A DNA stretch of 64,000 nt. Source: a bacterium (lineage in GTDB: Bacteria > 4484-113 > JAFGCY01). Within the stretch, counting starts at the first letter, position 1. The number at the start of each line of letters is the position of its first letter. The DNA is taken from assembly GCA_016932385.1 (NCBI GenBank), contig JAFGCY010000095.1, forward strand, positions 59,306 to 123,305, given 5' to 3'. A program made the position numbers and the translations under genes. Under the pieces are notes generated by a model that worked only from the letters and a program-made list of their open reading frames with translations, ran no database searches and had not been told where the DNA came from. Shown piece by piece: positions 56,619-64,000 of this stretch.

Positions 56619-59366
56619 ATGGATTATCCAAAGCCGATCAAGAGCATTGACGAGTTGCCCCAACGGTACGAGGGCCTGGAGCGCGAACGCTACTGGCAGC
56701 AGTACTGGATGGCGTCGGGCGTCTACAACTACGACCCCGCCCGCCCGCGCGCGGAAGTCTTCAGCGTGGACACTCCGCCGCCGACGGTCTCCGGCGCGCT
56801 GCATATCGGCCACGTCTACAGCTATACGCAGACGGACTTCTCGGTGCGCTACCAGCGCATGGCCGGCAAGCACGTGTTCTATCCGTTCGGGTTCGACGAC
56901 AACGGGCTGCCCTCCGAGCGGCTGGTCGAGCGCGTGACGGGTAAGCGCGCGCACGAAGTGGGCCGCGAGGAGTTCATCAAGCTGTGCAAACCGATCCTTG
57001 AGGACGCCGAGCAGCAGTTCAAGGACCTCTGGCAGAGCCTGGCGCTGTCCTGCGACTGGAGCCAGTTCTATACGACGATCGACGAGCGCAGCCGCGCGAT
57101 CAGCCAGGCCAGCTTCATCGACCTCTATCACAAGGGCTATATCTACCGCAAGGAAGCGCCGACGATGTGGTGCTGGGCCGACCAGACCGCGATCGCCCAG
57201 GCCGAGATCGAGGACAAGGAGATCGCCGGCCACTTCCACGACATCACCTTCCACTTCGACGACGGCAGCGGCAACCTGACGCCGGTCACGATCGCCACGA
57301 CGCGCCCGGAGCTGATTCCGGCCTGCGTGGCGGTGTTCGCCCATCCCGACGACGAGCGCTACAAGCACCTGTTCGGCAAGCAGGCGATCACGCCGCTGTT
57401 TGAAGTGGAGGTGCCGATCCTGCCCAGCGTGAAGGCCGATCCCGAGAAGGGCACCGGCATCCTGATGTGCTGCACCTTCGGCGATACCGACGACGTGGAG
57501 CACTGGGAGCAGTTCAACCTGCCGACGCGCGTGGTGGTGGACCGCGACGGCCGTATCTTCGATTTCACCGCGCGGTTCGTGCCGGCGGCGGAGCGCAACG
57601 CGATCCCCAAGGACCCGGCTGGTTACTGCGACGATTGCCGCCTGGACTTGGGCAACCGCTGGCCCAGCCGTAACCCAGAGAAGGCCGCCGGCTTGGCTGC
57701 CGAGATGGCCGGGCAGAAGATCAAGGCCGCCCGCACGTGGATCCGCGAGCAACTTGAAGTAGCGGGGTTGTTGACCAAGGTCGAGGACATCACGCACATC
57801 GTGCGCCATTCCGAGCGCGGCGGGGTGCCGATCGAGATCATCGTCACGCCGCAGTGGTACATCAAGCTGCTGGAGAACAAACAGGAGTTGATCGCCCAGG
57901 GGCGCAAGGTCAAGTGGCATCCCGAGTATATGTTCAAGCGCTTCGAGCACTGGGTGGAGGGGCTGAACCAGGACTGGTGCATCAGCCGCCAGCGCTACAA
58001 CGGTGTGCCGTTCCCGGTGTGGTACGACGCCGACGGCGGCATCGTGCTCGCCAGTATCGACCAGCTGCCGGTCAACCCGCTGTCGGACCAACCGGCGGAG
58101 CTGCCATCTGGAGTGGTCGCTGACCAACTGGTTCCCGAGGCCGATGTGATGGACACATGGGCGACGAGCTCCGTGACGCCGCTGTTGAACACGCACCTGC
58201 GCATCGGCGCGGACAATCCGGAGATCCAGCAGCGGCACGACCGCATCTTCCCGTACGACCTGCGGCCGCAGGCGCACGACATCATCCGCACCTGGGCGTT
58301 CTACACGATCGCCAAGGCGTACTACCACTTCGGCGAGATCCCCTGGGAGCATATCGTGATCAGCGGACACGCCCAGGACGCCGGCCGCCAGAAGATCTCC
58401 AAGAGCAAGGGCCACGTGGTGACGCCGGCGCAGATGGTGGAGAAGTACACCGCCGACAACCTGCGCTACTGGGCGGCGGGCTGCAAGCTGGGCACGGACA
58501 CGATCTACGACGAGAAGAACCTGACCGAGGGCAAGCGGCTGATCACCAAGATCTTCAACGCCACCAAGTTTGCGCTGAGGCACCTCATGGACTTCGATCC
58601 GGTAGGGGTCGCACTGGGTCGACCCGAGGGCGGCACAAGTTCCGCTCCTACATACGATATCGACGCGCTGCTCAAGCTGGTCACCTATCCGACGGACCGC
58701 TGGATGCTGGAACGGCTGAGAAAGACGATCGAGCGCGCCACCAAGGCCAACGCGGATTATGAGTTCGGCGATGCCAAGCAGGCCGCCGAGGACTTCTTCT
58801 GGGCGGATTTTTGCGACAACTACCTGGAGCTGTCCAAGGGCCGGCTGTACCGCGACGAGATCGCCGTGTCCGCGCACGCCGATCTGGCGGCTGACGAGAT
58901 GCGGGTCTCGGCCCAGGCCGCGCTGTTCCTGGGCTTAAGCGCCGTGCTGAAGCTGTTCGCCCCGACCCTGCCGCACATCAGCGAGGAGTGCTGGAGCTGG
59001 TATCACGCGCAGTGCACGTCCGGTCGCAGCATCCACGAGGAGCCTTGGCCGCCTTGCGATAAGCCGGCGGGCGAGGAGCGCGATTATAAAGACGGGCAGT
59101 TGTTGGTAGAGGTAGTGGCCGCGGTGCGCAAGTGGCACTCCGAGCACAACGTGTCGGTGAAGAAGCAGAAGCACCTGATCACGATTCGCGGACTGGCTGT
59201 CAGCGCGGACGACACGCCGGAAGCCTGGGCCAAGCGCGTCGGCGCTGACCTGCTGGCGACCTGCAACACCTCCGCCGTGGAGTTCGCGCCGGCCGAGCCG
59301 GTGGCGGACGACGCCAAGCCGGCGGTCACCGTCGAGTGCGAGCTGGCCGAGGAAGCGGAGGAGTAG
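56619..59366 (+). CDS. valS: Class I aminoacyl-tRNA synthetase, most consistent with archaeal-type valyl-tRNA synthetase.
   Basis: The HIGH region is PPPTVSGALHIGHVYSYTQTDF. It is followed by YPFGFDDNGLPSERLVE. The DWCISRQRYNGVPFPVWY block is present. The KMSKS motif is KISKSKGHVV. Length is 915 aa. The PPPTVSG and FDDNGLP forms match my recollection of archaeal-type ValRS, not bacterial PPPNVTG. Confidence 0.8.
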   Translation: MDYPKPIKSIDELPQRYEGLERERYWQQYWMASGVYNYDPARPRAEVFSVDTPPPTVSGALHIGHVYSYTQTDFSVRYQRMAGKHVFYPFGFDDNGLPSERLVERVTGKRAHEVGREEFIKLCKPILEDAEQQFKDLWQSLALSCDWSQFYTTIDERSRAISQASFIDLYHKGYIYRKEAPTMWCWADQTAIAQAEIEDKEIAGHFHDITFHFDDGSGNLTPVTIATTRPELIPACVAVFAHPDDERYKHLFGKQAITPLFEVEVPILPSVKADPEKGTGILMCCTFGDTDDVEHWEQFNLPTRVVVDRDGRIFDFTARFVPAAERNAIPKDPAGYCDDCRLDLGNRWPSRNPEKAAGLAAEMAGQKIKAARTWIREQLEVAGLLTKVEDITHIVRHSERGGVPIEIIVTPQWYIKLLENKQELIAQGRKVKWHPEYMFKRFEHWVEGLNQDWCISRQRYNGVPFPVWYDADGGIVLASIDQLPVNPLSDQPAELPSGVVADQLVPEADVMDTWATSSVTPLLNTHLRIGADNPEIQQRHDRIFPYDLRPQAHDIIRTWAFYTIAKAYYHFGEIPWEHIVISGHAQDAGRQKISKSKGHVVTPAQMVEKYTADNLRYWAAGCKLGTDTIYDEKNLTEGKRLITKIFNATKFALRHLMDFDPVGVALGRPEGGTSSAPTYDIDALLKLVTYPTDRWMLERLRKTIERATKANADYEFGDAKQAAEDFFWADFCDNYLELSKGRLYRDEIAVSAHADLAADEMRVSAQAALFLGLSAVLKLFAPTLPHISEECWSWYHAQCTSGRSIHEEPWPPCDKPAGEERDYKDGQLLVEVVAAVRKWHSEHNVSVKKQKHLITIRGLAVSADDTPEAWAKRVGADLLATCNTSAVEFAPAEPVADDAKPAVTVECELAEEAEE

Positions 59367-59556
59367 CCGGTTCCTCTCAGAAGGCGATCTCTGACTAGCA
59401 GTGGGGCGGGCTTTCATCCTGCCACCATTAAATGTCGTAGTCACGCCGAAGCGTGACTGCGCCACTGCATAGCTAGAGTCCAAATGTGAGAGGAATCCTT
59501 GCGCTATTCGTTCACACAAGCAGGGGCGCTTGTCCTGCTGGATCAGGATGGACGAA

Positions 59557-60261
59557 TTACGGTGCCGAGATTTCGATCGGCAGGCTGTCGGCGAAGAGGA
59601 TCCGGTCCTCGATATCCTGAAGCAGGCACCGGATCACAAATACGCTGTCCTGCCCGGGCTGCAGTTCATAGCGGTGGCAGGCGGACAGGAACCGGGTTGA
59701 ACCGTCGGTTTCTCCGAGTTGCAGCGTGCCGTCGCGGAACGCCCAGGCGCAATACCGCGGCAATCTCAGGTTGACCGGCGTGCTGGGCACGATCTCAAGG
59801 CGCAGGGCGACCTCCGCAAAGCTTCCGGATTCATCGGTTGTCGCCGTGAGAATATAGTGCTCTTTCTTCTCATCAAGCGGCGCATCAACTTTGATTGCGA
59901 TCATGTACGGCATACCGCCGATCTCGCCCGGCTCGGGAGCGTTCTCCGGATCGTTGGCCCATGCCGGCGGAGTGAGATAGGGCTGGTTCCAGAAGGGATT
60001 GGCCAGGAGCTCCTGCCAATACGGAGGCAGGTTGCCGAGATCCTGTTCGGTGATCAGCATCGCCGTTTGCGATGAGGGATCAGCCGGCTCCGGCGAAGGT
60101 GTATCCGGCACCGTGTGACCGGCTGCATTGGATCCGGCGTGATTTGTGCCGTGATCCGGTTTTGTAGCTGGCGTTGGTTTGTTCAGCATGTATGTGAGGT
60201 AAACGCCAAGAGCTAAAAATAAAGCTGCGCCAAAGATGAGCAGGACAGTCTGAGTTTTCAT
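59557..60261 (-). CDS. Membrane-anchored or secreted hypothetical protein.
   Basis: RBS gagagg precedes the Met at 60261, giving MKTQTVLLIFGAALFLALGVYLTYMLN as a signal anchor. The stop of the upstream acpS abuts this start. Confidence 0.4.
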   Translation of the reverse strand: MKTQTVLLIFGAALFLALGVYLTYMLNKPTPATKPDHGTNHAGSNAAGHTVPDTPSPEPADPSSQTAMLITEQDLGNLPPYWQELLANPFWNQPYLTPPAWANDPENAPEPGEIGGMPYMIAIKVDAPLDEKKEHYILTATTDESGSFAEVALRLEIVPSTPVNLRLPRYCAWAFRDGTLQLGETDGSTRFLSACHRYELQPGQDSVFVIRCLLQDIEDRILFADSLPIEISAP

Positions 60262-60620
60262 ACCTGCCTCTCGCAGATGCAGATCGCCACGGCGCATTCG
60301 CGGTCGTGGGTCAGGCTCAGGTGGACGCGGCGGTCACCGAGCTGCGCGCGGATTTCATCCGTCAGCACGTAATACGGCTCGCCGGACTCCTTCTGCGCCA
60401 CGGAGACGCGCTGGCGGTCGTACCAGATCTGGGTGGCCTTGAAGAACGCCTCGCGCGCGGCGAAGCAGGCCGCCAGGTGCTCGTAGGGCGCGCGGGTGCG
60501 CTGGGCCGCCCGGTCGCGCTCCAGGCGTGTGAACATCTTCTCGGCAAAGCGCGGGTTATTCTCGCATTTCTCCCGGACGCGCGCGATCTCGATGCTGTCG
60601 ATACCGATGCCGGTGATCAT
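60258..60620 (-). CDS. acpS: Holo-[acyl-carrier-protein] synthase (4'-phosphopantetheinyl transferase).
   Basis: MITGIGIDSIEIARV...AAREAFFKA...HLSLTHDRECAVAICI is the AcpS signature; 120 aa. Confidence 0.85.
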   Translation of the reverse strand: MITGIGIDSIEIARVREKCENNPRFAEKMFTRLERDRAAQRTRAPYEHLAACFAAREAFFKATQIWYDRQRVSVAQKESGEPYYVLTDEIRAQLGDRRVHLSLTHDRECAVAICICERQV

Positions 60621-60642
60621 GCGGCGATTGTAGCCGACCGCG

Positions 60643-60912
60643 CTAGAGGATGTCCTTGGTTTTCATCACCAGGTACGTGCAGAAGGCGGTGACGAAACTC
60701 AGCAGGATGAACCCGCCGACGCAGCCCACGGCGAAAATCTCGCGGAAGTTCATGATCTCGCCGCTCTTCGCCAGCTGTTTGGAGTGCTCGCGTTTTCGAA
60801 ACAGGTAATGCAACTGGAACAGGAAGACGATGAACCAGACCAGCCAGATCTCGATCAGCGGATGGGGAAAGCTGTAGAAGATCCTCACGATTAACGGTGC
60901 GGCTGCCAACAC
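60643..60912 (-). CDS. Small membrane protein, hypothetical.
   Basis: Two hydrophobic helices, IEIWLVWFIVFLFQLHYLF and FAVGCVGGFILLSFVTAFCTYLVM; 89 aa. Confidence 0.35.
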   Translation of the reverse strand: MLAAAPLIVRIFYSFPHPLIEIWLVWFIVFLFQLHYLFRKREHSKQLAKSGEIMNFREIFAVGCVGGFILLSFVTAFCTYLVMKTKDIL

Positions 60913-60941
60913 GCGTTGATTATATCCGCGCGGCGGCGCGG

Positions 60942-61421
60942 CTAGTTATCCGCGACGCAGACCAGCGGCTCGATCGCCGCCAACTTGGCCTCGCCGATGC
61001 CGTCCACCTTGAGCAGGTCCTTGACGCGCTTGAAATCGCCATGTTGCTCGCGGTATGCCACGATGCGCTCGGCCAGCACCTCGCCGATTCCCGGCAGCGT
61101 TGTCAACTCATTCCGGCTGGCGGAGTTAATGTCCAGCTTCACGGCTTGCTTTGTGGAATGCGCCGGCGGATCGGTGTGGCGGTCGGTGGATTCTTTTTTC
61201 GCATGTTGGCGGTCACGTTCGGCGCGGTCGGCTGAGCCCGCTGGCTGCTCGGTTTCCTTCGCCGCGGCTTGCCCGTCATCGCCGGCTTGGGCCGCAGCGT
61301 TGGTGTCCCAGGGGCGGATTGGAACACGGGCCGCAAGCGTGTGCCAGCGGATGCCGAGGATCACCACACAGATGACCAGAAAGAACAGGATCAGCCCCGT
61401 GATGTACCACTTGTCACGCAT
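60942..61421 (-). CDS. comEA: ComEA-family helix-hairpin-helix DNA-binding protein.
   Basis: An N-terminal TM anchor is followed by the C-terminal tandem HhH block LDINSASRNELTTLPGIGEVLAERIVAYREQHGDFKRVKDLLKVDGIGEAKLAAI. Confidence 0.75.
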   Translation of the reverse strand: MRDKWYITGLILFFLVICVVILGIRWHTLAARVPIRPWDTNAAAQAGDDGQAAAKETEQPAGSADRAERDRQHAKKESTDRHTDPPAHSTKQAVKLDINSASRNELTTLPGIGEVLAERIVAYREQHGDFKRVKDLLKVDGIGEAKLAAIEPLVCVADN

Positions 61422-61466
61422 CCTGACACGATTATGCCATATGGTGATAATGCTTGTTAATCGAAG

Positions 61467-62120
61467 CTAGTCCGTTCGCTCTGCGGCGTCCAGTGCCTCG
61501 ATTTTCACGGTGCCGTGGGTGCGGTCGGTCAGCGCCGACTGGAGCGCTTCCGCCTGTTCCTCCGGTACGCGGAGTTCGTGGCGCACCACGTCGGCGAACT
61601 CCTCGTTGTCAAGTTGTACCTCGAACTCCGGATAGAGGCGCTTGATTGTCTCGACGTGGCAGTAGTCCAGCGTGACGGCCAGCCGTTGCCAACTGATGCG
61701 CTCGGTGCGCTCTGCGGCGTTGACGGCCAGTTTCACCGCGCCGGCGTAGGCGCGCACCAGCCCGCCCTTGCCCAGCTTGATCCCGCCGAAGTAGCGCGTC
61801 ACGACCACCGCCAGGTCGCCCAGGCCGCAGGTGAGCAGCACGTTGAGCATCGGCCGGCCGGCGGTGCCGTGCGGTTCGCCGTCGTCGCTAAGGCCGATAT
61901 GCGCCGTCGAGCCCGGTTCGCCGATCAGAAACGCGGAGCAATTATGCGTGGCGTCGGGGAATTCGGCGCTGATCCGTGCGATGAACTCGCGCGCGGCGTC
62001 GATGCTGTCTACCGGCGCCAGGGTGGCGATAAAACGGCTGCGCTGGATCACGTCCTCGACTCGGACCTCGCCGGCGGGCACGGGATAGCGCGATTTAGCC
62101 ACGCCTATCTTGTAGCACAC
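61467..62120 (-). CDS. yigZ: YigZ/IMPACT family protein (UPF0029).
   Basis: RSRFIATLAPVDSIDAAREFIARI...HNCSAFLIGEPG...SDDGEPHGTAGRPMLNVL...VVVTRYFGGIKLGKGGLVRAY are the conserved IMPACT-domain blocks. Confidence 0.8.
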   Translation of the reverse strand: MCYKIGVAKSRYPVPAGEVRVEDVIQRSRFIATLAPVDSIDAAREFIARISAEFPDATHNCSAFLIGEPGSTAHIGLSDDGEPHGTAGRPMLNVLLTCGLGDLAVVVTRYFGGIKLGKGGLVRAYAGAVKLAVNAAERTERISWQRLAVTLDYCHVETIKRLYPEFEVQLDNEEFADVVRHELRVPEEQAEALQSALTDRTHGTVKIEALDAAERTD

Positions 62121-62181
62121 GTCTTGGCGCAGCGCGGGGCGATTGTGTTAAAGTAAGCGCCGCCAAGGAGGCTTGGGAGAG

Positions 62182-63789
62182 ATGGGCGTACTACTCGCAG
62201 TATCACCGGTTGTCGTCATTTTGCTGTTGATGACCGTCTTTAAACGCACCGCCGACGTCGCGGGCGCGATCGGCTGGATCTACACGGCGCTGATTGCCTG
62301 GGCGTTCTTCGGCACGGACTGGCCCGTGATCCTGATCGCCTCGCTGGCCGGCCTGGTGGCGAGCTTCCCGATCAGCCTGATGGTGATCACCTCGATCTTC
62401 CAGATCAACGTGATGGAGGAGGCCGGCGCGATCAAGCGACTCGTCGTGTTCATGAAAACGCTGGCCAGCGAGAACCGCGCGGTGCAGGTGATGCTGATCA
62501 ATGTCGGCATCGGCACGCTGCTGGCGGCGCTGGGCGCGACGCCGGTTTCGATCCTGCCGCCGATCATGCTCTCCCTGGGCTACTCAGCCTTCGTCGCCAT
62601 CGCCCTGCCGGCGATCGGCTATGACGCGCTATGCACTTACGCCCTGTTGGGCGTACCGGTGGTGGTGTTCGCCGATGTGGTATCGCGGATCACCGGCCAG
62701 ACCATGAGCCCGGCCGAGGTGGGCCTGTTCTTCGCGCAGTACATGCCGGTCGTGACCTCGCTGATCGCCTTGTCGATGCTCTGGCTGACCGGCGGCTGGG
62801 CCGAGGTTCGCCGCGGCTGGCCCGCGGCCGTCGTTACCGGCCTGGTGGCGGGTTTCACCGCCATCGGCATGAACTACGCCGGCCTGCCGACGCTGACCGG
62901 CGTGGTTGCCGGCGTGATGGTTGTCGGCGCCATGCTGCTCTATCTCAAGCTCTCCGGTAAGAAGCTGATCGAGCGCGCCAAGCTCGACGACGCGGACAAA
63001 CAGCAGGAACGCAAGATGGGCATCGCGCTGGCGGTGCTGCCCTGGATCCTGCTGGTCGCTTTCTCGATCCTGACCAACTTCAAGGCAATCGGCGTCTACG
63101 AGGTGCTATTTACCAAGATCTCGATGCCGGTTTCCATCATCCCCGGCGCTAAGCCGGAAGTACTGCGGATGCTCTGGCATGCCTATACCTGGGTGCTGAT
63201 CGCGACGCTGATCGCGATCCCGTTCTACAAGATGGGCAAGGACAAATTCGGCGCGGCGTTGAGGAAGACCGCGCGCCGCGTGCCTCGGCCGGCCTTCGCT
63301 GCCGGAATCTATTTCGCCATCGCCTATGTGCTGAACCATTCCGGCAAGGTGGTCGGCGTTGCCGGCTGGGCGCCGAGTAACACAGGCGCGAACATGGTGA
63401 AGGTGGTCGCCGACGCCTCCGCCAACGCCTTCCAGGGGGCTTACGCCGGCGTGGCGGCGTTCCTTGGCCTGCTCGGCGGCTTCATCAGCGGCTCCGAGAC
63501 ATCCAGCATCGTGATGTTGTCCAAGCTGCACTTCGACACGGTCGACGTGATCTACGCCACGGCGGGGGATGAGCGCATCCGCGCGATTGCGCTATTGGTC
63601 GCCGCGGTCAGCGGCATCGGCGGCGGACTGGCCAGCGTGATCAGCCCGGCCAAGCTGCAGAACGCCGCGGCGGTGATCGACCAGATCGGCATGGAAAGCA
63701 AGGTGATCAAGAGCACCGTGGTGATCAGCCTGATCATGACCAGCGTCGCCGCCCTGCTGACGTTCGTCTTCCTGAGCTGGCTGAAGTAA
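62182..63789 (+). CDS. lctP: L-lactate permease (LctP family).
   Basis: AAGGAGG lies 10 nt before the ATG at 62182. The protein is polytopic and matches LctP throughout (VVILLLMTVFKRTADVAGAIGWIYTALIAW..., ...SGSETSSIVMLSKLHFDT...). Confidence 0.85.
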   Translation: MGVLLAVSPVVVILLLMTVFKRTADVAGAIGWIYTALIAWAFFGTDWPVILIASLAGLVASFPISLMVITSIFQINVMEEAGAIKRLVVFMKTLASENRAVQVMLINVGIGTLLAALGATPVSILPPIMLSLGYSAFVAIALPAIGYDALCTYALLGVPVVVFADVVSRITGQTMSPAEVGLFFAQYMPVVTSLIALSMLWLTGGWAEVRRGWPAAVVTGLVAGFTAIGMNYAGLPTLTGVVAGVMVVGAMLLYLKLSGKKLIERAKLDDADKQQERKMGIALAVLPWILLVAFSILTNFKAIGVYEVLFTKISMPVSIIPGAKPEVLRMLWHAYTWVLIATLIAIPFYKMGKDKFGAALRKTARRVPRPAFAAGIYFAIAYVLNHSGKVVGVAGWAPSNTGANMVKVVADASANAFQGAYAGVAAFLGLLGGFISGSETSSIVMLSKLHFDTVDVIYATAGDERIRAIALLVAAVSGIGGGLASVISPAKLQNAAAVIDQIGMESKVIKSTVVISLIMTSVAALLTFVFLSWLK

Positions 63790-63881
63790 TAGGCGCAACC
63801 TGTAAGCATGCTGCTGGGCCAGCCCGGTTCCATCAGATAAACTAGTACGATCCGTATCGCGCATGCAGGTGAGGTGGATTG

Positions 63882-64000
63882 ATGCGTTCGTTGATCGTCT
63901 TCTGTTTGGTAACTGTGGCTCTCTTCTGCGCCCTGCCGGCCCAGGCGGCCCGCGAGGTCAAGAACATCTCGACGCCGGCCATCAGCGCCGACGGGCAGAC
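63882..64000 (+). CDS. N-terminal fragment of a secreted protein (partial, runs off the window end).
   Basis: GAGGTGG RBS precedes the ATG at 63882. Signal peptide MRSLIVFCLVTVALFCALPAQAAREV. Confidence 0.4.
   Translation, partial: MRSLIVFCLVTVALFCALPAQAAREVKNISTPAISADGQ

Noticed and set aside
56448-58877. 809-aa minus-strand ORF overlapping valS.
   Set aside because: It is antisense to a clear class I aaRS (HIGH and KMSKS motifs on the + strand). The sequence is low-complexity and Arg/Leu/Val-rich.

Overview
This 64 kb window is high-GC (about 64%) bacterial chromosomal DNA, densely coding on both strands. I found no rRNA, tRNA or CRISPR array by eye.

Most of the window is housekeeping. 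Genes I recognise are accC plus a biotin-carrier protein, dgt, cdd, gltX, acyP, panB-panC-panD, nadA, clpP, dnaG, pheS, an archaeal-type valS, acpS, comEA, yigZ, a lactate permease, and a 3.6 kb pyruvate:ferredoxin oxidoreductase. A Bacillus-style flagellar/chemotaxis block is present in the order flhA-flhF-flhG-cheB-cheW-cheC-cheD-fliA, but it lacks cheA and cheY.

Several large secreted proteins are built from PKD-like, dockerin and beta-propeller repeats.

The most unusual locus is at 14.0-15.3 kb. Two tandem paralogous genes encode signal-peptide-bearing, extremely cysteine-rich proteins made of CKPKC(D/N)PC repeats, with perfect 24-nt tandem DNA repeats. They resemble eukaryotic keratin-associated proteins or metallothioneins more than anything usual in bacteria, and they contain a CYTV motif.

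Other items worth follow-up:
- a low-GC element of about 170 bp with nested inverted repeats, sitting between dgt and an orphan SPPY-motif DNA methyltransferase next to cdd;
- two paralogous double zinc-ribbon proteins immediately downstream of clpP, where clpX normally sits;
- archaeal/eukaryal-type PheS and ValRS;
- an accC/BCCP, gamma-carbonic-anhydrase and DUF169 cluster;
- a 28-aa ultra-basic, possibly bS22-like, mini-protein;
- candidate regulatory leaders and operators upstream of valS and nadA.

Many long ORFs in the six-frame track are antisense artefacts of the high GC content and were rejected.
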